A model generated the notes under the pieces. It was not told the origin of the DNA, ran no database searches, and saw only the letters and a list, made by a program, of their open reading frames with translations. Both the position numbers and the translations under genes were made by a program. From Chlamydiia bacterium (GTDB taxonomy: Bacteria > Chlamydiota > Chlamydiia > Chlamydiales > RGXB01): DNA of 64,000 nt. This document shows, piece after piece, positions 20,541 through 30,029 of this stretch. How positions within the stretch are numbered: the first letter of the stretch is position 1; each line of letters begins with the position of its first letter. The DNA is taken from contig JBEIFH010000001.1 of the NCBI GenBank assembly GCA_040382515.1, positions 21,915 to 85,914 on the forward strand. The letters run 5' to 3'.

Positions 20541-21331
20541 ACCCCTTCACCTGGACACAGATCCTAAATATCTATCTTCTCGTTCTATGCCGCTTAGGTC
20601 CCATAGTCGCCCTTACCCCCTTTTTAGGGGGGAAAATTATCCCCGCTTCGACAAGGGCAGGCCTCTTGGTTATTTTAGGTATTTTGTTTCTCCCCTATGC
20701 AGGCCTCAATAGCGCCCCCGACGAAGCAGTGAATTTTTTTACTGTGTTCTATGCAGCAAAAGAGATCTTTATCGGTTTTATTATCAGTTTTTTAGCTTCA
20801 ATCCCCTTTTTCGTAGCGCAATCTGCCGGCATCATCATCGATTTTGCCCGCGGATCATCCCAACTTATGGCGCAAGACCCTACGCTGCAGAATCAGGCAT
20901 CGCCTATCGGAATCATGTTCAATTATGTTCTCATTGCCCTTTTTTTTATGGTGAAAGGCCCCGAACATTTCTTCGATGCAATCGCCTCTTCATTTGAAGC
21001 TTTCCCCCTTTTAGGAACTCTTGCACCCGAGCTTGTTGCTTTAAAGGGTGGGCTTTGGGTAGCAATAACTGCAATTGTCCAAGTTGTTTTTACTTTATCA
21101 TTAAAGTTGGCAGCACCGGCTATAATCGCTATCTTAATGGCAGAGATGTTTTTGGGGATTGCCAACCGTTTGGCACCTCAAGTGCAAATCGCTTTTCTAG
21201 GGATGCCTCTTAAGTCATTCTTAGGCCTTCTTCTGTTATTTGTCGGCTGGTATGCAATTCTTGGAGACATGAAAGAGCTATCGGAGCAAATGTTGGCACA
21301 AATAGATTTTTTCTTCATAAAAAAAGCTTGA
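20528..21331 (+). CDS. sctT: T3SS export apparatus protein SctT (FliR family)
   Basis: Polytopic 267 aa. FliR-like LVLCRLGPIVALTPFLGGKIIP. 13-nt overlap with sctS. Confidence 0.88.
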   Translation: MEWLDPFTWTQILNIYLLVLCRLGPIVALTPFLGGKIIPASTRAGLLVILGILFLPYAGLNSAPDEAVNFFTVFYAAKEIFIGFIISFLASIPFFVAQSAGIIIDFARGSSQLMAQDPTLQNQASPIGIMFNYVLIALFFMVKGPEHFFDAIASSFEAFPLLGTLAPELVALKGGLWVAITAIVQVVFTLSLKLAAPAIIAILMAEMFLGIANRLAPQVQIAFLGMPLKSFLGLLLLFVGWYAILGDMKELSEQMLAQIDFFFIKKA

Positions 21332-21569
21332 ATTTTTTAACAAAAAAAGTTCCGCGTTTATTTTTTAAAATAGCCCTTTAAAGAAAAGGACAGGGGTATT
21401 TTTATAAACAATCTTATTTAAAAATCCAGAACAAAAACAGAAATCGATCCCTAACTATATTTACAGACCATTTTTTTATCCAATCCTGTTGACAGTATTT
21501 TGACAGGCATACTAAGCTATTTTTACGCATTATTATTTAAGACTTCAAAAATATACAAAGGGAGAACTT

Positions 21570-22715
21570 ATGATGGAACTCAACTTTCGCAAGTTGTGGA
21601 CTGTTCTAGGGGTAGCATGTTTGAGTGCTAACCTCGCAGCGGCCCCCGCTTCTAGTAGCAGCTCATCTTCTTCATCTTCACAGATGAACAACGCAGACCA
21701 ATATGCTATGGCATCCGGACTCATGTATGCAGGTCCTCAATTGGGTGAAGATGCAACAGGAATTTCTCTTGGTGCAGATTACATTCTTTGGCAGGTTGTA
21801 CAAGAAGGTCTTGAAACAGTTTCTAGCAACTTCAACGTTGACGGAACTCCATCAACAATTTCACAAGGCAGCACAGGTTTTCCAAAATTTAAACTTTTAA
21901 ACGGGTTTAAAGTCCATGGGCAAGTCACGATTGCCGAGTGCGATGATGTGGATCTATTCTTGCAATACATCTGGTTGCAAAGAACCTCAGGACAAAACAC
22001 AGGAACAGGCGGAAATAACACATATCCCCTCTTTTTCGTTGATCCAAATGATCAGATGGTTGTCACTGCAGAGTTTGCTTCAACATGGGGATCATCGTTC
22101 AAAACATCTTACAATGTACTAGACCTGGAGATGGGGCGTTTGACCTCTTTTGCTAGAGATTCCTTTAGTGTAAGACCTTTCTGGGGTATCAGAGGAGTTT
22201 GGAACACCCATACATGGATTCCTACTTACACAGGGGTGCTCGGGGCTAATATAGCTTTAGCTACTGCTAACACAATTAGCTCATACCAAAATACAAGCGG
22301 TGCAGGGGTAAGAGCAGGTCTCAATCTTGCTTGGCAATTTTTTTCTAACAGTGAATATTTTGGTGGCCTAAAAATCATCGGTATGTCTGCGTTGTCAGGT
22401 GTATATGGAAGAACCTATGTGGACACTACACAGTACACAACACCTTCAGCTCCTGGTTCTACAGGAAATAATTTTTATACCAACCGTTCCTCTCTGAATA
22501 GAATGGTCCCCATTGTGGATCTCTCTATCGGATTGAGCTGGAATATGAGCTTCGGCGGAGAAAGGGATAACGACTATAATCTTGAAATCCATGCTCTTTG
22601 GGATACACAATCCTGGATCGGATATGGAAAACACCTTTCCGCTTACTGGATTCCACGTGGACAAACCAACCTTACAGTTCAAGGTTTCACAATTGGTGCA
22701 CAAATCATGTTCTAA
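21570..22715 (+). CDS. MOMP-like outer-membrane beta-barrel protein, paralog 1 (Cys-poor, poly-Ser N-terminus)
   Basis: Signal peptide ending ANLAAAP. Alternating aromatic/small beta-strand pattern and a C-terminal ...GAQIMF. Shares GADYILWQV, YNVLD, PFWGIRG, DLSIGL and ALWDTQSWIG blocks with the next gene. Confidence 0.85.
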   Translation: MMELNFRKLWTVLGVACLSANLAAAPASSSSSSSSSSQMNNADQYAMASGLMYAGPQLGEDATGISLGADYILWQVVQEGLETVSSNFNVDGTPSTISQGSTGFPKFKLLNGFKVHGQVTIAECDDVDLFLQYIWLQRTSGQNTGTGGNNTYPLFFVDPNDQMVVTAEFASTWGSSFKTSYNVLDLEMGRLTSFARDSFSVRPFWGIRGVWNTHTWIPTYTGVLGANIALATANTISSYQNTSGAGVRAGLNLAWQFFSNSEYFGGLKIIGMSALSGVYGRTYVDTTQYTTPSAPGSTGNNFYTNRSSLNRMVPIVDLSIGLSWNMSFGGERDNDYNLEIHALWDTQSWIGYGKHLSAYWIPRGQTNLTVQGFTIGAQIMF

Positions 22716-22736
22716 TCTTTTGATAAAGATAAGAAG

Positions 22737-22770
22737 TAAAAGCCGAGGTAAAACTCGGCTTTTTTATTTT
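22737..22770 (+). terminator. Rho-independent terminator after OMP paralog 1
   Basis: AGCCGAG (22741-22747) pairs with CTCGGCT (22754-22760), followed by TTTTTTATTTTT. Confidence 0.85.
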
Positions 22771-22879
22771 TATTGAGTCTTTTTGTGGAGTGGGCTTCTT
22801 AACAGATTCCGTTTCAAATATAATTTGCAATCTACATCAGAGTTTTTTATACTTTGCGAGTACTGTTTAAGATTTCTTA

Positions 22880-23938
22880 ATGCTAATAAAAAAAATTCTA
22901 TCCCTACTTCTCCTTCCCATCCTGAGTTTGTATTGCGGCAAAATCGCAACCGATCCCCTATTTTGTGGCATCAAGGCTCTTTACCCATCTCTTCCCCCCT
23001 TCTGGGAAATCAAAGCGGATTATCTTCTATGGCAAGTGAATATGGAGGGGTTAGATCTGGCAGCAGACAACGTCTATATCGACTTCTTTCCTCCACCTGT
23101 CAGAGGGCGTACCTACGGTGTAAGCTTCCCTTTCAAAAGTGGTTTTCAGATTTCACTCGCTAGAACTTTACCCAATCCCGAAGCGATCAAACTTGAGTTG
23201 ATTTATTCTTGGTTGAATCCCTCACAAAAGGAATCTATATCCCAGGACCCTGTTGTACACACATTTCCGTTTTATTCTGTAAAACCTTTTGAAAAATCTC
23301 CAAACGATACTATTTTTGTTATTGAACATTCTGCTTCTTTTGAGTCTTATTACAACGTATTGGATACGCAATTTACTAGGCAGAGTTGTCTTACCCCATT
23401 TTTTATCATTTCCCCTTTTTTAGGGATCAGGAGTTGTTGGCAGACTCAAAATTGGAATACTGATGAGGAGATGTTCACACAAAATCCTGTAATTTCGCAC
23501 TACCTCTATAATTACTCACAGACCTTTCAGGGGGCCGGTGTTTTGGCAGGTTGTTATTTTGAAGCCCGGTTCTTTAAAAACTCTCATTACCTAAAAAACC
23601 TTGCTATCATCGGAAAAACGGGTTTCTCAGGTATGTTAGGCAATATCAAAATTGATTCTGTTTTAAGTGCCACCTCACACGGGACAAATCTTACCTACTC
23701 AAATGTAGGAAAGTCTATTTTCGCCATCGTCCCGGTTTTAGATCTAAGCATAGGCTTGCGTCTCGACTCCTGTTTTAGTCCTAATAAAACACTAGTGGAG
23801 GAGATTTATTTGGAAGCTTTGTGGAACACCCAGTCCTGGATAGGATTGAATAAGATGCGCCTTTGTTTGCAGCTTTCTCCTCAATCGGTAAATATGAGTG
23901 TCCAAGGATTGACAGTTGGCGCAGGGATGATTTTCTGA
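22880..23938 (+). CDS. MOMP-like outer-membrane beta-barrel protein, paralog 2 (Cys-rich)
   Basis: N-terminal signal peptide. Blocks KADYLLWQV, YNVLDTQF, PFLGIRSCW, VLDLSIGL and ALWNTQSWIG. C-terminal ...GAGMIF. About 7 Cys in the mature part. Confidence 0.85.
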   Translation: MLIKKILSLLLLPILSLYCGKIATDPLFCGIKALYPSLPPFWEIKADYLLWQVNMEGLDLAADNVYIDFFPPPVRGRTYGVSFPFKSGFQISLARTLPNPEAIKLELIYSWLNPSQKESISQDPVVHTFPFYSVKPFEKSPNDTIFVIEHSASFESYYNVLDTQFTRQSCLTPFFIISPFLGIRSCWQTQNWNTDEEMFTQNPVISHYLYNYSQTFQGAGVLAGCYFEARFFKNSHYLKNLAIIGKTGFSGMLGNIKIDSVLSATSHGTNLTYSNVGKSIFAIVPVLDLSIGLRLDSCFSPNKTLVEEIYLEALWNTQSWIGLNKMRLCLQLSPQSVNMSVQGLTVGAGMIF

Positions 23939-24948
23939 TGAAAAAAAGTTTCTTTGTCTCTTTTCTTTTTTTTATATCTGGATTTTGCGCAAAAGAATCG
24001 GATACACAAATAAAAAGGGTGAGGCCTATTTTGATAGAGGCCGATTACACCCGATTTGAAATGGATCCCCCTTTCTCATCCGGATATGTTGTCTTTCAAA
24101 ATCCCGCCGAAAGATCTAGCCCTTTCGAAGCCCATGCGCCCTCAGCAAGGAAATTTTCCGGGTTTCAATTGAGATATGAACACCCGCTTGATACGGACGG
24201 AGTATTTGCCTCTTACCGCTCTTTTATAGCAAAAAGGGCACCCCCCCGTATCGATAGACCTCTTCATCCCTCCAGAGAAGCAATTGCCAACCATTTTGAC
24301 CTGAACCGAAACTACCCTATCGATAAAATCACTTTGACAAAATACCAAAACAGCTTCCTTTTCAATGTTGGTATTCTAGACGCCTTGATTGGAAATAGCT
24401 ACAGCACTGAGCGTTGCGGTTTTTTGATTGAACCCCTATTCGGGATTCGTGCGGCTCAAATTTCCCAGCTTTATGACAAAAGAATAAACTTTCTTTTCTT
24501 AGAAGGTCCACCTGTTGAGGAGATTAGGAATTATTCCAGCTATCTTGAGTATGGTATTTTTGGGCCTCAAATGGGGTTCAGGATGGATATTGCCCCTTTT
24601 TCTACAATCCCCCTTTTTGATTCCATAAAGATATTTTCTCAGGTTCAAGGCGCTTTTTTATACGGAAATTTAGAGCTCTGCAATCACTATTATGTCTTGA
24701 ACGGGTCAAAGAAAATTCCGATAATCGAGCAAAAAAATCAGATCAAATCGGGGATTCCCAATATCGAATACGTTATTGGATTGAAAATCCATCCCGATCT
24801 CTACTACTGTAAAATTGCCCTAAATGTTTCCCGATACACGCAAGTCTGGATCAAAGCGGACAAAAGCTTTATGGGCACCTACGATTATACAGGGGGCGAT
24901 AACATCAGTATCACCGGATATTCTCTAGGTGCAAGTATTGATTTCTAG
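23938..24948 (+). CDS. MOMP-like outer-membrane beta-barrel protein, paralog 3 (divergent)
   Basis: MKKSFFVSFLFFISGFCAKE signal. Weaker versions of the same blocks (EADYTRFE, PLFGIRAAQ, YTQVWI). C-terminal ...GASIDF. Its ATG shares one nucleotide with the upstream TGA (TGATG at 23936-23940). Confidence 0.75.
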   Translation: MKKSFFVSFLFFISGFCAKESDTQIKRVRPILIEADYTRFEMDPPFSSGYVVFQNPAERSSPFEAHAPSARKFSGFQLRYEHPLDTDGVFASYRSFIAKRAPPRIDRPLHPSREAIANHFDLNRNYPIDKITLTKYQNSFLFNVGILDALIGNSYSTERCGFLIEPLFGIRAAQISQLYDKRINFLFLEGPPVEEIRNYSSYLEYGIFGPQMGFRMDIAPFSTIPLFDSIKIFSQVQGAFLYGNLELCNHYYVLNGSKKIPIIEQKNQIKSGIPNIEYVIGLKIHPDLYYCKIALNVSRYTQVWIKADKSFMGTYDYTGGDNISITGYSLGASIDF

Positions 24949-24976
24949 CCAAACGGGCTAAATCCATCAATTTCTT

Positions 24977-26191
24977 TTATTTGAATGAGAACTTGGAGAT
25001 GACCTTATCGAATGATGAAACAAATTCCTTCAACTCATCCAAGTAATTGTATACTCCAAGTGAAATCCTTAAAAAGCTACTTGCTTGAAAGTAGTCTAAA
25101 GCCCCAAGGGCACACAACGAACCGCTTCGGACCTCAACGCCCCTCTCCCCCAAAAGAAGCGCCATATCCATCGGATGCACCCCTTTTAAAGACATCGTTA
25201 CAATCGTGTCGCTTTCTTTAGCGCTTAAAAGATGCACATGCGAAAATCGGGCTAATTCCTCTCTATAGCTCTTTGCCAAAGAAGGCAGAGCTTCAGCTTT
25301 GGCCTCGAAGGTAGGGGTTGTTTGGAATTTCAAAGCCTCTTTCCACCCTATGATCTGCGCGATCGGAGGGGTACCGGTTTCGAATTTCATAGGTGGTTCT
25401 TGAAAAGACATCTTTGATCCGATCTCCAGAATCATCTCTCCCCCAAAAAATACAGGCTCAAGGCGCTCTATGAACCTGCTAGAGATATAAAGAGCCCCTA
25501 CCCCAGTCGGGCCGTACATTTTATGGGCAGAGAATGCGAGAAAATCGATTTGTGAACGCCCCACGTCCAGTCTCTTATGCGCCATGCTTTGTGCCGCATC
25601 TACGATAAAAATCCACCCCTGCTCCTTGCAAAGGCGTCCAATTCTATCTAAATCCTGCTCAACGCCGGTCACATTTGAGACGTGTGCTATCGTCAAAGCG
25701 CGCACTTTTGAAAGATCAGTCAAAGCTAAAGAGTCAAAATCGATCCCCCCATCCTCAAAGATCGGCAATTTCCTAATCTTGAGAAATCCCTTCTCCTCCA
25801 GCGCCTTGAACGGCAAAAGATTGGCATGGTGTTCCAAAGGAGAAATCAAAATCTCATCCCCCTTTTGGAGCAACTGGAGCAAAAACTGGGCCGTTTGGTT
25901 TAAACCATCGGTTGTCCCTCTGGTGAAAACAACACCTCTAGCATCCAAGGCCCCTATCCTCTGTTGAATGAGCTCTCTTGTTTCCAAACACCCTTCAGTC
26001 GCCCTTTGGGCCCTTGGATAAAGGGAGCGATTCACAGTGGCATACTCGTTTAAGTAAAACTCGGACTCCCGCTCAACCACACATCTCGGCTTCAACGAAG
26101 TCGCTGCCGAGTCGAGATAGAGAACTCCACCCCTTTTTAAAAGAGGAAATTGCTCTACTAAGGCAAGGTCCAAGTTCTCTAAAGCTTGCAT
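24977..26191 (-). CDS. sufS: Cysteine desulfurase SufS (class V aminotransferase)
   Basis: PLP-lysine motif FSAHKMYGPTGVGALY and the Cys loop VRSGSLCA. Sits in suf operon context. Confidence 0.92.
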   Translation of the reverse strand: MQALENLDLALVEQFPLLKRGGVLYLDSAATSLKPRCVVERESEFYLNEYATVNRSLYPRAQRATEGCLETRELIQQRIGALDARGVVFTRGTTDGLNQTAQFLLQLLQKGDEILISPLEHHANLLPFKALEEKGFLKIRKLPIFEDGGIDFDSLALTDLSKVRALTIAHVSNVTGVEQDLDRIGRLCKEQGWIFIVDAAQSMAHKRLDVGRSQIDFLAFSAHKMYGPTGVGALYISSRFIERLEPVFFGGEMILEIGSKMSFQEPPMKFETGTPPIAQIIGWKEALKFQTTPTFEAKAEALPSLAKSYREELARFSHVHLLSAKESDTIVTMSLKGVHPMDMALLLGERGVEVRSGSLCALGALDYFQASSFLRISLGVYNYLDELKEFVSSFDKVISKFSFK

Positions 26192-27069
26192 GGGCTCCTC
26201 TTGTCTGCCAGTAAAGCTACCCGGCTGCGGATTTCACCTAGAAAAGACTCTATCAAAAGAGCTTTTGCTCTTGATTCAGAAAATCCTCTCGATAAAAGAT
26301 AGAATTGATCCTCTTTGGAAGGCTTGGCAATAGTTGCCCCGTGCGTGGCTTTCACATCATCATGAAAAACCTGGATCCCGGGAGAGGTCCTCGCTTGGGC
26401 TTGGTCAAAAACAATATTGTTGTTTTTCTGGAAGCTTTCAGTTTTGTGCGCCCCTTTTGCGACAAAGATCGATCCCTCAAAAGTGGATCGGGCAGACTCT
26501 TCGACCACCCCTTTAAAAAGCTGATTGGAACGGGCATAGGAAGCTTTGTGCTCTACTAACACATCCACTTTAATGGTCTCTCTATCACACAAATGCCAAC
26601 CCCCTAAAAGATCGACCTCTGCCCCTTCACCCTCAATAGAGGCAACAATAGACTCTTCAGTTTTGTCTACCTCCTGGGTCCAGCCGGCATGCAGAATCTT
26701 TGCAGATTTTTTCGCAGTGTAGCGGCTCTTGAAACCCAGTTTTGTTTTTTTATTTGAAACAGTAGCTCTTTGAAAAGAAGCCCCCTCCTCCAAATACGCC
26801 GTAATTTCAAATTCTCCTTCACAATCGGGAATCACCAGGCAGCAAAGCTCCGCATTCTTTGAAAGATAAAACTCATATTTGCCCGGCAAAGCGATCTTTA
26901 CAACTTCCCTTGAACAAAACTGCTTCGGGACAAAAATAAATTCGGCGGCTTCTACCTCCCTATTTTTGAAATACAGGGGGAAAAGATGGACCGCCTCAGC
27001 GAAAGGATGACTCTCAAGGCCTTCGGGGATGGTATTTTTAGCAACTGCCTTCATAGCCTTGCGCCTCAA
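26179..27069 (-). CDS. sufD: Fe-S cluster assembly protein SufD (short form)
   Basis: The beta-helix C-terminal part resembles SufB/D (QKNNIVFDQAQARTSPGIQVFHDDVKATHGATI..., DQFYLLSRG). Located between sufC and sufS. The start may instead be ATG at 27054. Confidence 0.8.
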   Translation of the reverse strand: MRRKAMKAVAKNTIPEGLESHPFAEAVHLFPLYFKNREVEAAEFIFVPKQFCSREVVKIALPGKYEFYLSKNAELCCLVIPDCEGEFEITAYLEEGASFQRATVSNKKTKLGFKSRYTAKKSAKILHAGWTQEVDKTEESIVASIEGEGAEVDLLGGWHLCDRETIKVDVLVEHKASYARSNQLFKGVVEESARSTFEGSIFVAKGAHKTESFQKNNNIVFDQAQARTSPGIQVFHDDVKATHGATIAKPSKEDQFYLLSRGFSESRAKALLIESFLGEIRSRVALLADKRSPCKL

Positions 27070-27775
27070 GTATTTTAGCTAAATCACTGTTTCCGGAACG
27101 GACAATTTTACCGCTTTGCATCACGTGGACAACATCGGGCTGCACAAAATCCAAAAGTCTCTGGTAATGGGTAATCAAAATAATGCTGCGATCTTTAGTT
27201 CGTAACTTCTCAATGGCTTGCCCTACAGCTTTCAAGGCATCGATATCTAGCCCCGAATCGGTCTCGTCCAAAATAGCGAGGCTAGGCTCAAATAGGGCCA
27301 TTTGAAGAATTTCACTCTTCTTTTTTTCCCCGCCTGAAAAATTTGCATGCAGGTCCCTTTCAATCAATTTCGGATTGAATTTGACCAGTTCCATTTTCTC
27401 CTCAAGCAGCGTGTCGAATTCTTGATCGGAAATTCCGTCCAAACCCTTTTGCTTTCGATGCAAATTCAAAGACTCTTTTAAAAAGTTTTTTGTGTTTAAA
27501 CCTGCGATCTCCAAAGGGTACTGAAAACTTTTAAAAACCCCTTTCAAAGCCCTGGCATTTGGCTCCATTCCCAAAAGATCCTCATCTTTGAAGGTGATGG
27601 ATCCCCCTAAAATCTGGTACGAGGGATGACCTGCTAGAACATTAGACAAACTGGACTTGCCGGCACCGTTAGGGCCCATAATTGCATGCACCTCATTTGC
27701 CCCTACTTTAAGCGAAAGGCCGTTCAGGACTTTTTTGTCGTCTACAGATACCTCTAAATTGTCGATGATTAACAT
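27038..27775 (-). CDS. sufC: Fe-S cluster assembly ATPase SufC
   Basis: Walker A GPNGAGKSS, ABC signature FSGGEKKK and Walker B LAILDETDSGLD. Confidence 0.95.
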   Translation of the reverse strand: MLIIDNLEVSVDDKKVLNGLSLKVGANEVHAIMGPNGAGKSSLSNVLAGHPSYQILGGSITFKDEDLLGMEPNARALKGVFKSFQYPLEIAGLNTKNFLKESLNLHRKQKGLDGISDQEFDTLLEEKMELVKFNPKLIERDLHANFSGGEKKKSEILQMALFEPSLAILDETDSGLDIDALKAVGQAIEKLRTKDRSIILITHYQRLLDFVQPDVVHVMQSGKIVRSGNSDLAKILEAQGYEGSC

Positions 27776-29184
27776 TATCCTACGGATCCTTCTAACTTGA
27801 TCATTAATAACTTCTTTGCTTCCTGTGCGAATTCCAGGGGTAATTCTTGCATCACCTCTTTACAAAAACCGCTGACGACCATGCTTATGGCCTCCTCCTT
27901 ATCGAAGCCGCGCGACTGCAAGTAAAACAGCATCTCCTCATTAAGCCTGGAGGTGCTCGCCTCGTGTTCTATCTCAGCAGTGGAGTTTGTCGATTCAATC
28001 GTCGGAAACGTGTGGGCCGAACATTTTGTATCCACCAGCATAGAATCGCACTGTGTATAATTTCTTGCGTTTATAGCTTTTGGAGCTACCATTACCAACC
28101 CTCTATAGGTATTCGAAGAACTGTCGGCAGAAATCCCCTTCGAGATGATTGTCGATTTTGTATTTTTACCTATGTGGATCATTTTTGTTCCGGTGTCGGC
28201 CTGCATTTTTTTGTTTGTCAGAGCTACAGAATAGAATTCTCCGGTCGAGTGGTCCCCTATCAGAATGCAGCTGGGATATTTCCAGGTAATACTTGATCCA
28301 ACTTCGACCTGAGTCCACGATATCTTAGAGTAAGCACCCAGGCACTTTCCCCTTTTTGTCACAAAATTATAGACGCCTCCGTTCCCTTCTTCGTCTCCGG
28401 GATACCAATTTTGCACAGTCGAATATTTGATTTCGGCCCTCTCCATAGCAACCAGCTCCACAACGGCTGCATGCAACTGCTTCGAATCAAACGAGGGGGC
28501 GGTGCAACCCTCCAAGTAGCTCACATAGGAGCCTTCTTCGGCTATGATTAAAGTCCTCTCAAATTGACCGGTATTCTCCTCGTTGATTCGAAAATAGGTG
28601 GACAGCTCCATCGGAGAACGGACCCCTTTGGGGACATACACAAAAGAGCCGTCACTGAAAACCGCGGCGTTCAAAGCGGCAAAATAATTATCTTCGACCG
28701 GGACAACAGATCCAAGATACTTGCGCACAAGATCAGGATATTTTTGCATCGCTTCCGAGATAGAGCACAAAATGACACCCGCTTCTTCAAGTTTTTTCTT
28801 GAAGGTTGTCGCTATCGATACCGAGTCGAAAACAAGATCCATGGCTACATTAGCTAATCTATGTTGCTCCTCCAGTGGGATCCCCAGCCTCTCGTACGTC
28901 TTTCGAATTTCCGGATCCAACTCCTCGATTGAGTCAAGCGTGGGCCTATTTTTCGGCTCGGCATAATAGCTTATTTTTTGCAGATCAATAGGATCAAAAG
29001 AAAGATTTGCCCAATTAGGGGGGGTCATTTCAAGAAATTTCTTGTATGCGTTCAGCCGAAATTCGAGCATGAACTCGGGCTCATTCTTTTTTTGGGAGAT
29101 CCGACGGATCACCTCTTCGTTCAAGCCGATCTCAAAGACCTCGCTCTCAACGGCAGTTTTAAAACCAAATGGATAGTCACTCAT
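27775..29184 (-). CDS. sufB: Fe-S cluster assembly scaffold SufB
   Basis: 469 aa with SufB-typical blocks ([43 protein letters not shown]). Confidence 0.95.
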   Translation of the reverse strand: MSDYPFGFKTAVESEVFEIGLNEEVIRRISQKKNEPEFMLEFRLNAYKKFLEMTPPNWANLSFDPIDLQKISYYAEPKNRPTLDSIEELDPEIRKTYERLGIPLEEQHRLANVAMDLVFDSVSIATTFKKKLEEAGVILCSISEAMQKYPDLVRKYLGSVVPVEDNYFAALNAAVFSDGSFVYVPKGVRSPMELSTYFRINEENTGQFERTLIIAEEGSYVSYLEGCTAPSFDSKQLHAAVVELVAMERAEIKYSTVQNWYPGDEEGNGGVYNFVTKRGKCLGAYSKISWTQVEVGSSITWKYPSCILIGDHSTGEFYSVALTNKKMQADTGTKMIHIGKNTKSTIISKGISADSSSNTYRGLVMVAPKAINARNYTQCDSMLVDTKCSAHTFPTIESTNSTAEIEHEASTSRLNEEMLFYLQSRGFDKEEAISMVVSGFCKEVMQELPLEFAQEAKKLLMIKLEGSVG

Positions 29185-29277
29185 CAGTGAAATATTTTAC
29201 TCAAGTCAAGCTATCCCTGTCAATCAATAGGGGTATAAAAAAAATATTTTAGATTTTTGAGCCGGCTTTAGTATTTT

Positions 29278-30015
29278 CTAAATGGAGATTTTACAAGCCA
29301 TCTGCTCAAGTTTTACAAGATCTTCAGGAACATCGACCCCGTGGATAGCTTCCGAGGTTTCAAACACCTCGATCGGGATTCCGTGGTATAAAGGGGTAAG
29401 CTGCTCTAAAGATTCCGCACTTTCCAAGCTTGATCTAGGCAAAGTAGAAATTTTTTTTAACGCCTCCGGCGTATAAGCGTAAAGGCCAACGTGTCTATAA
29501 TAGGCGCTATTGCCGGTATTATCCCGGTCAAACGGGATGACAGACCTTGAAAAATAGAGCGCCTCTCCATGCCAATTTGTAACAACTTTTACAATCTGGG
29601 GAGCATGAAGCTCCTCCAGCGTCTCTATTTTACGCTTCAATGTCCAGATCCGGCACCCTGCATCCCCTTCCCCTTTAAGGAGAGTTTGAAAAACTGTTTT
29701 GTTCAAAAGGGGTTCATCCGCCTGGACATTCACAATCTTATCAGCCGTAGGCGCGCCGTTTTCTAAAGCCTCTATAATCCTCTCGGTTCCATTTTGGGGA
29801 TTTTTGGAGGTGAGATAGGCGGGGGCATTGAAACTTTTTGCCAAATCGACCGTTACGGGATCGTCGGCTAATATGATGACAGAGTCAAATAAATCTGACT
29901 TCTTAGCATTTTCGTAGGCCCACTGGAGCAAAGGCTTTCCGAGAAAATGTTTTAAAATTTTATTCTCAAATCGGGTGGATTTGAGTCTTGCAGGGATATA
30001 AGCTAACGTTTTCAA
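29278..30015 (-). CDS. kdsB: 3-deoxy-manno-octulosonate cytidylyltransferase (CMP-Kdo synthetase)
   Basis: AYIPARLKSTRFENKIL, NGTERI, VNVQADEPLL and RHVGLYAY. Confidence 0.9.
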   Translation of the reverse strand: MKTLAYIPARLKSTRFENKILKHFLGKPLLQWAYENAKKSDLFDSVIILADDPVTVDLAKSFNAPAYLTSKNPQNGTERIIEALENGAPTADKIVNVQADEPLLNKTVFQTLLKGEGDAGCRIWTLKRKIETLEELHAPQIVKVVTNWHGEALYFSRSVIPFDRDNTGNSAYYRHVGLYAYTPEALKKISTLPRSSLESAESLEQLTPLYHGIPIEVFETSEAIHGVDVPEDLVKLEQMACKISI

Positions 30016-30029
30016 CTGATCTTATCGAG

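Noticed and set aside
21489-21515. Possible sigma-70-type promoter for OMP paralog 1: duplicated TTGACAG (21489 and 21500) followed by TACTAA (21510)
   Set aside because: The spacer is only 15 nt from the first TTGACA and 4 nt from the second. No canonical -10 sits at 16-18 nt. It cannot be called without transcript-start data.
22783-23163. 126-aa ORF overlapping the start of OMP paralog 2 in another frame
   Set aside because: The 22880 frame continues for 352 aa and shares paralog-conserved blocks with the neighbouring OMP gene. The alternative frame has none.
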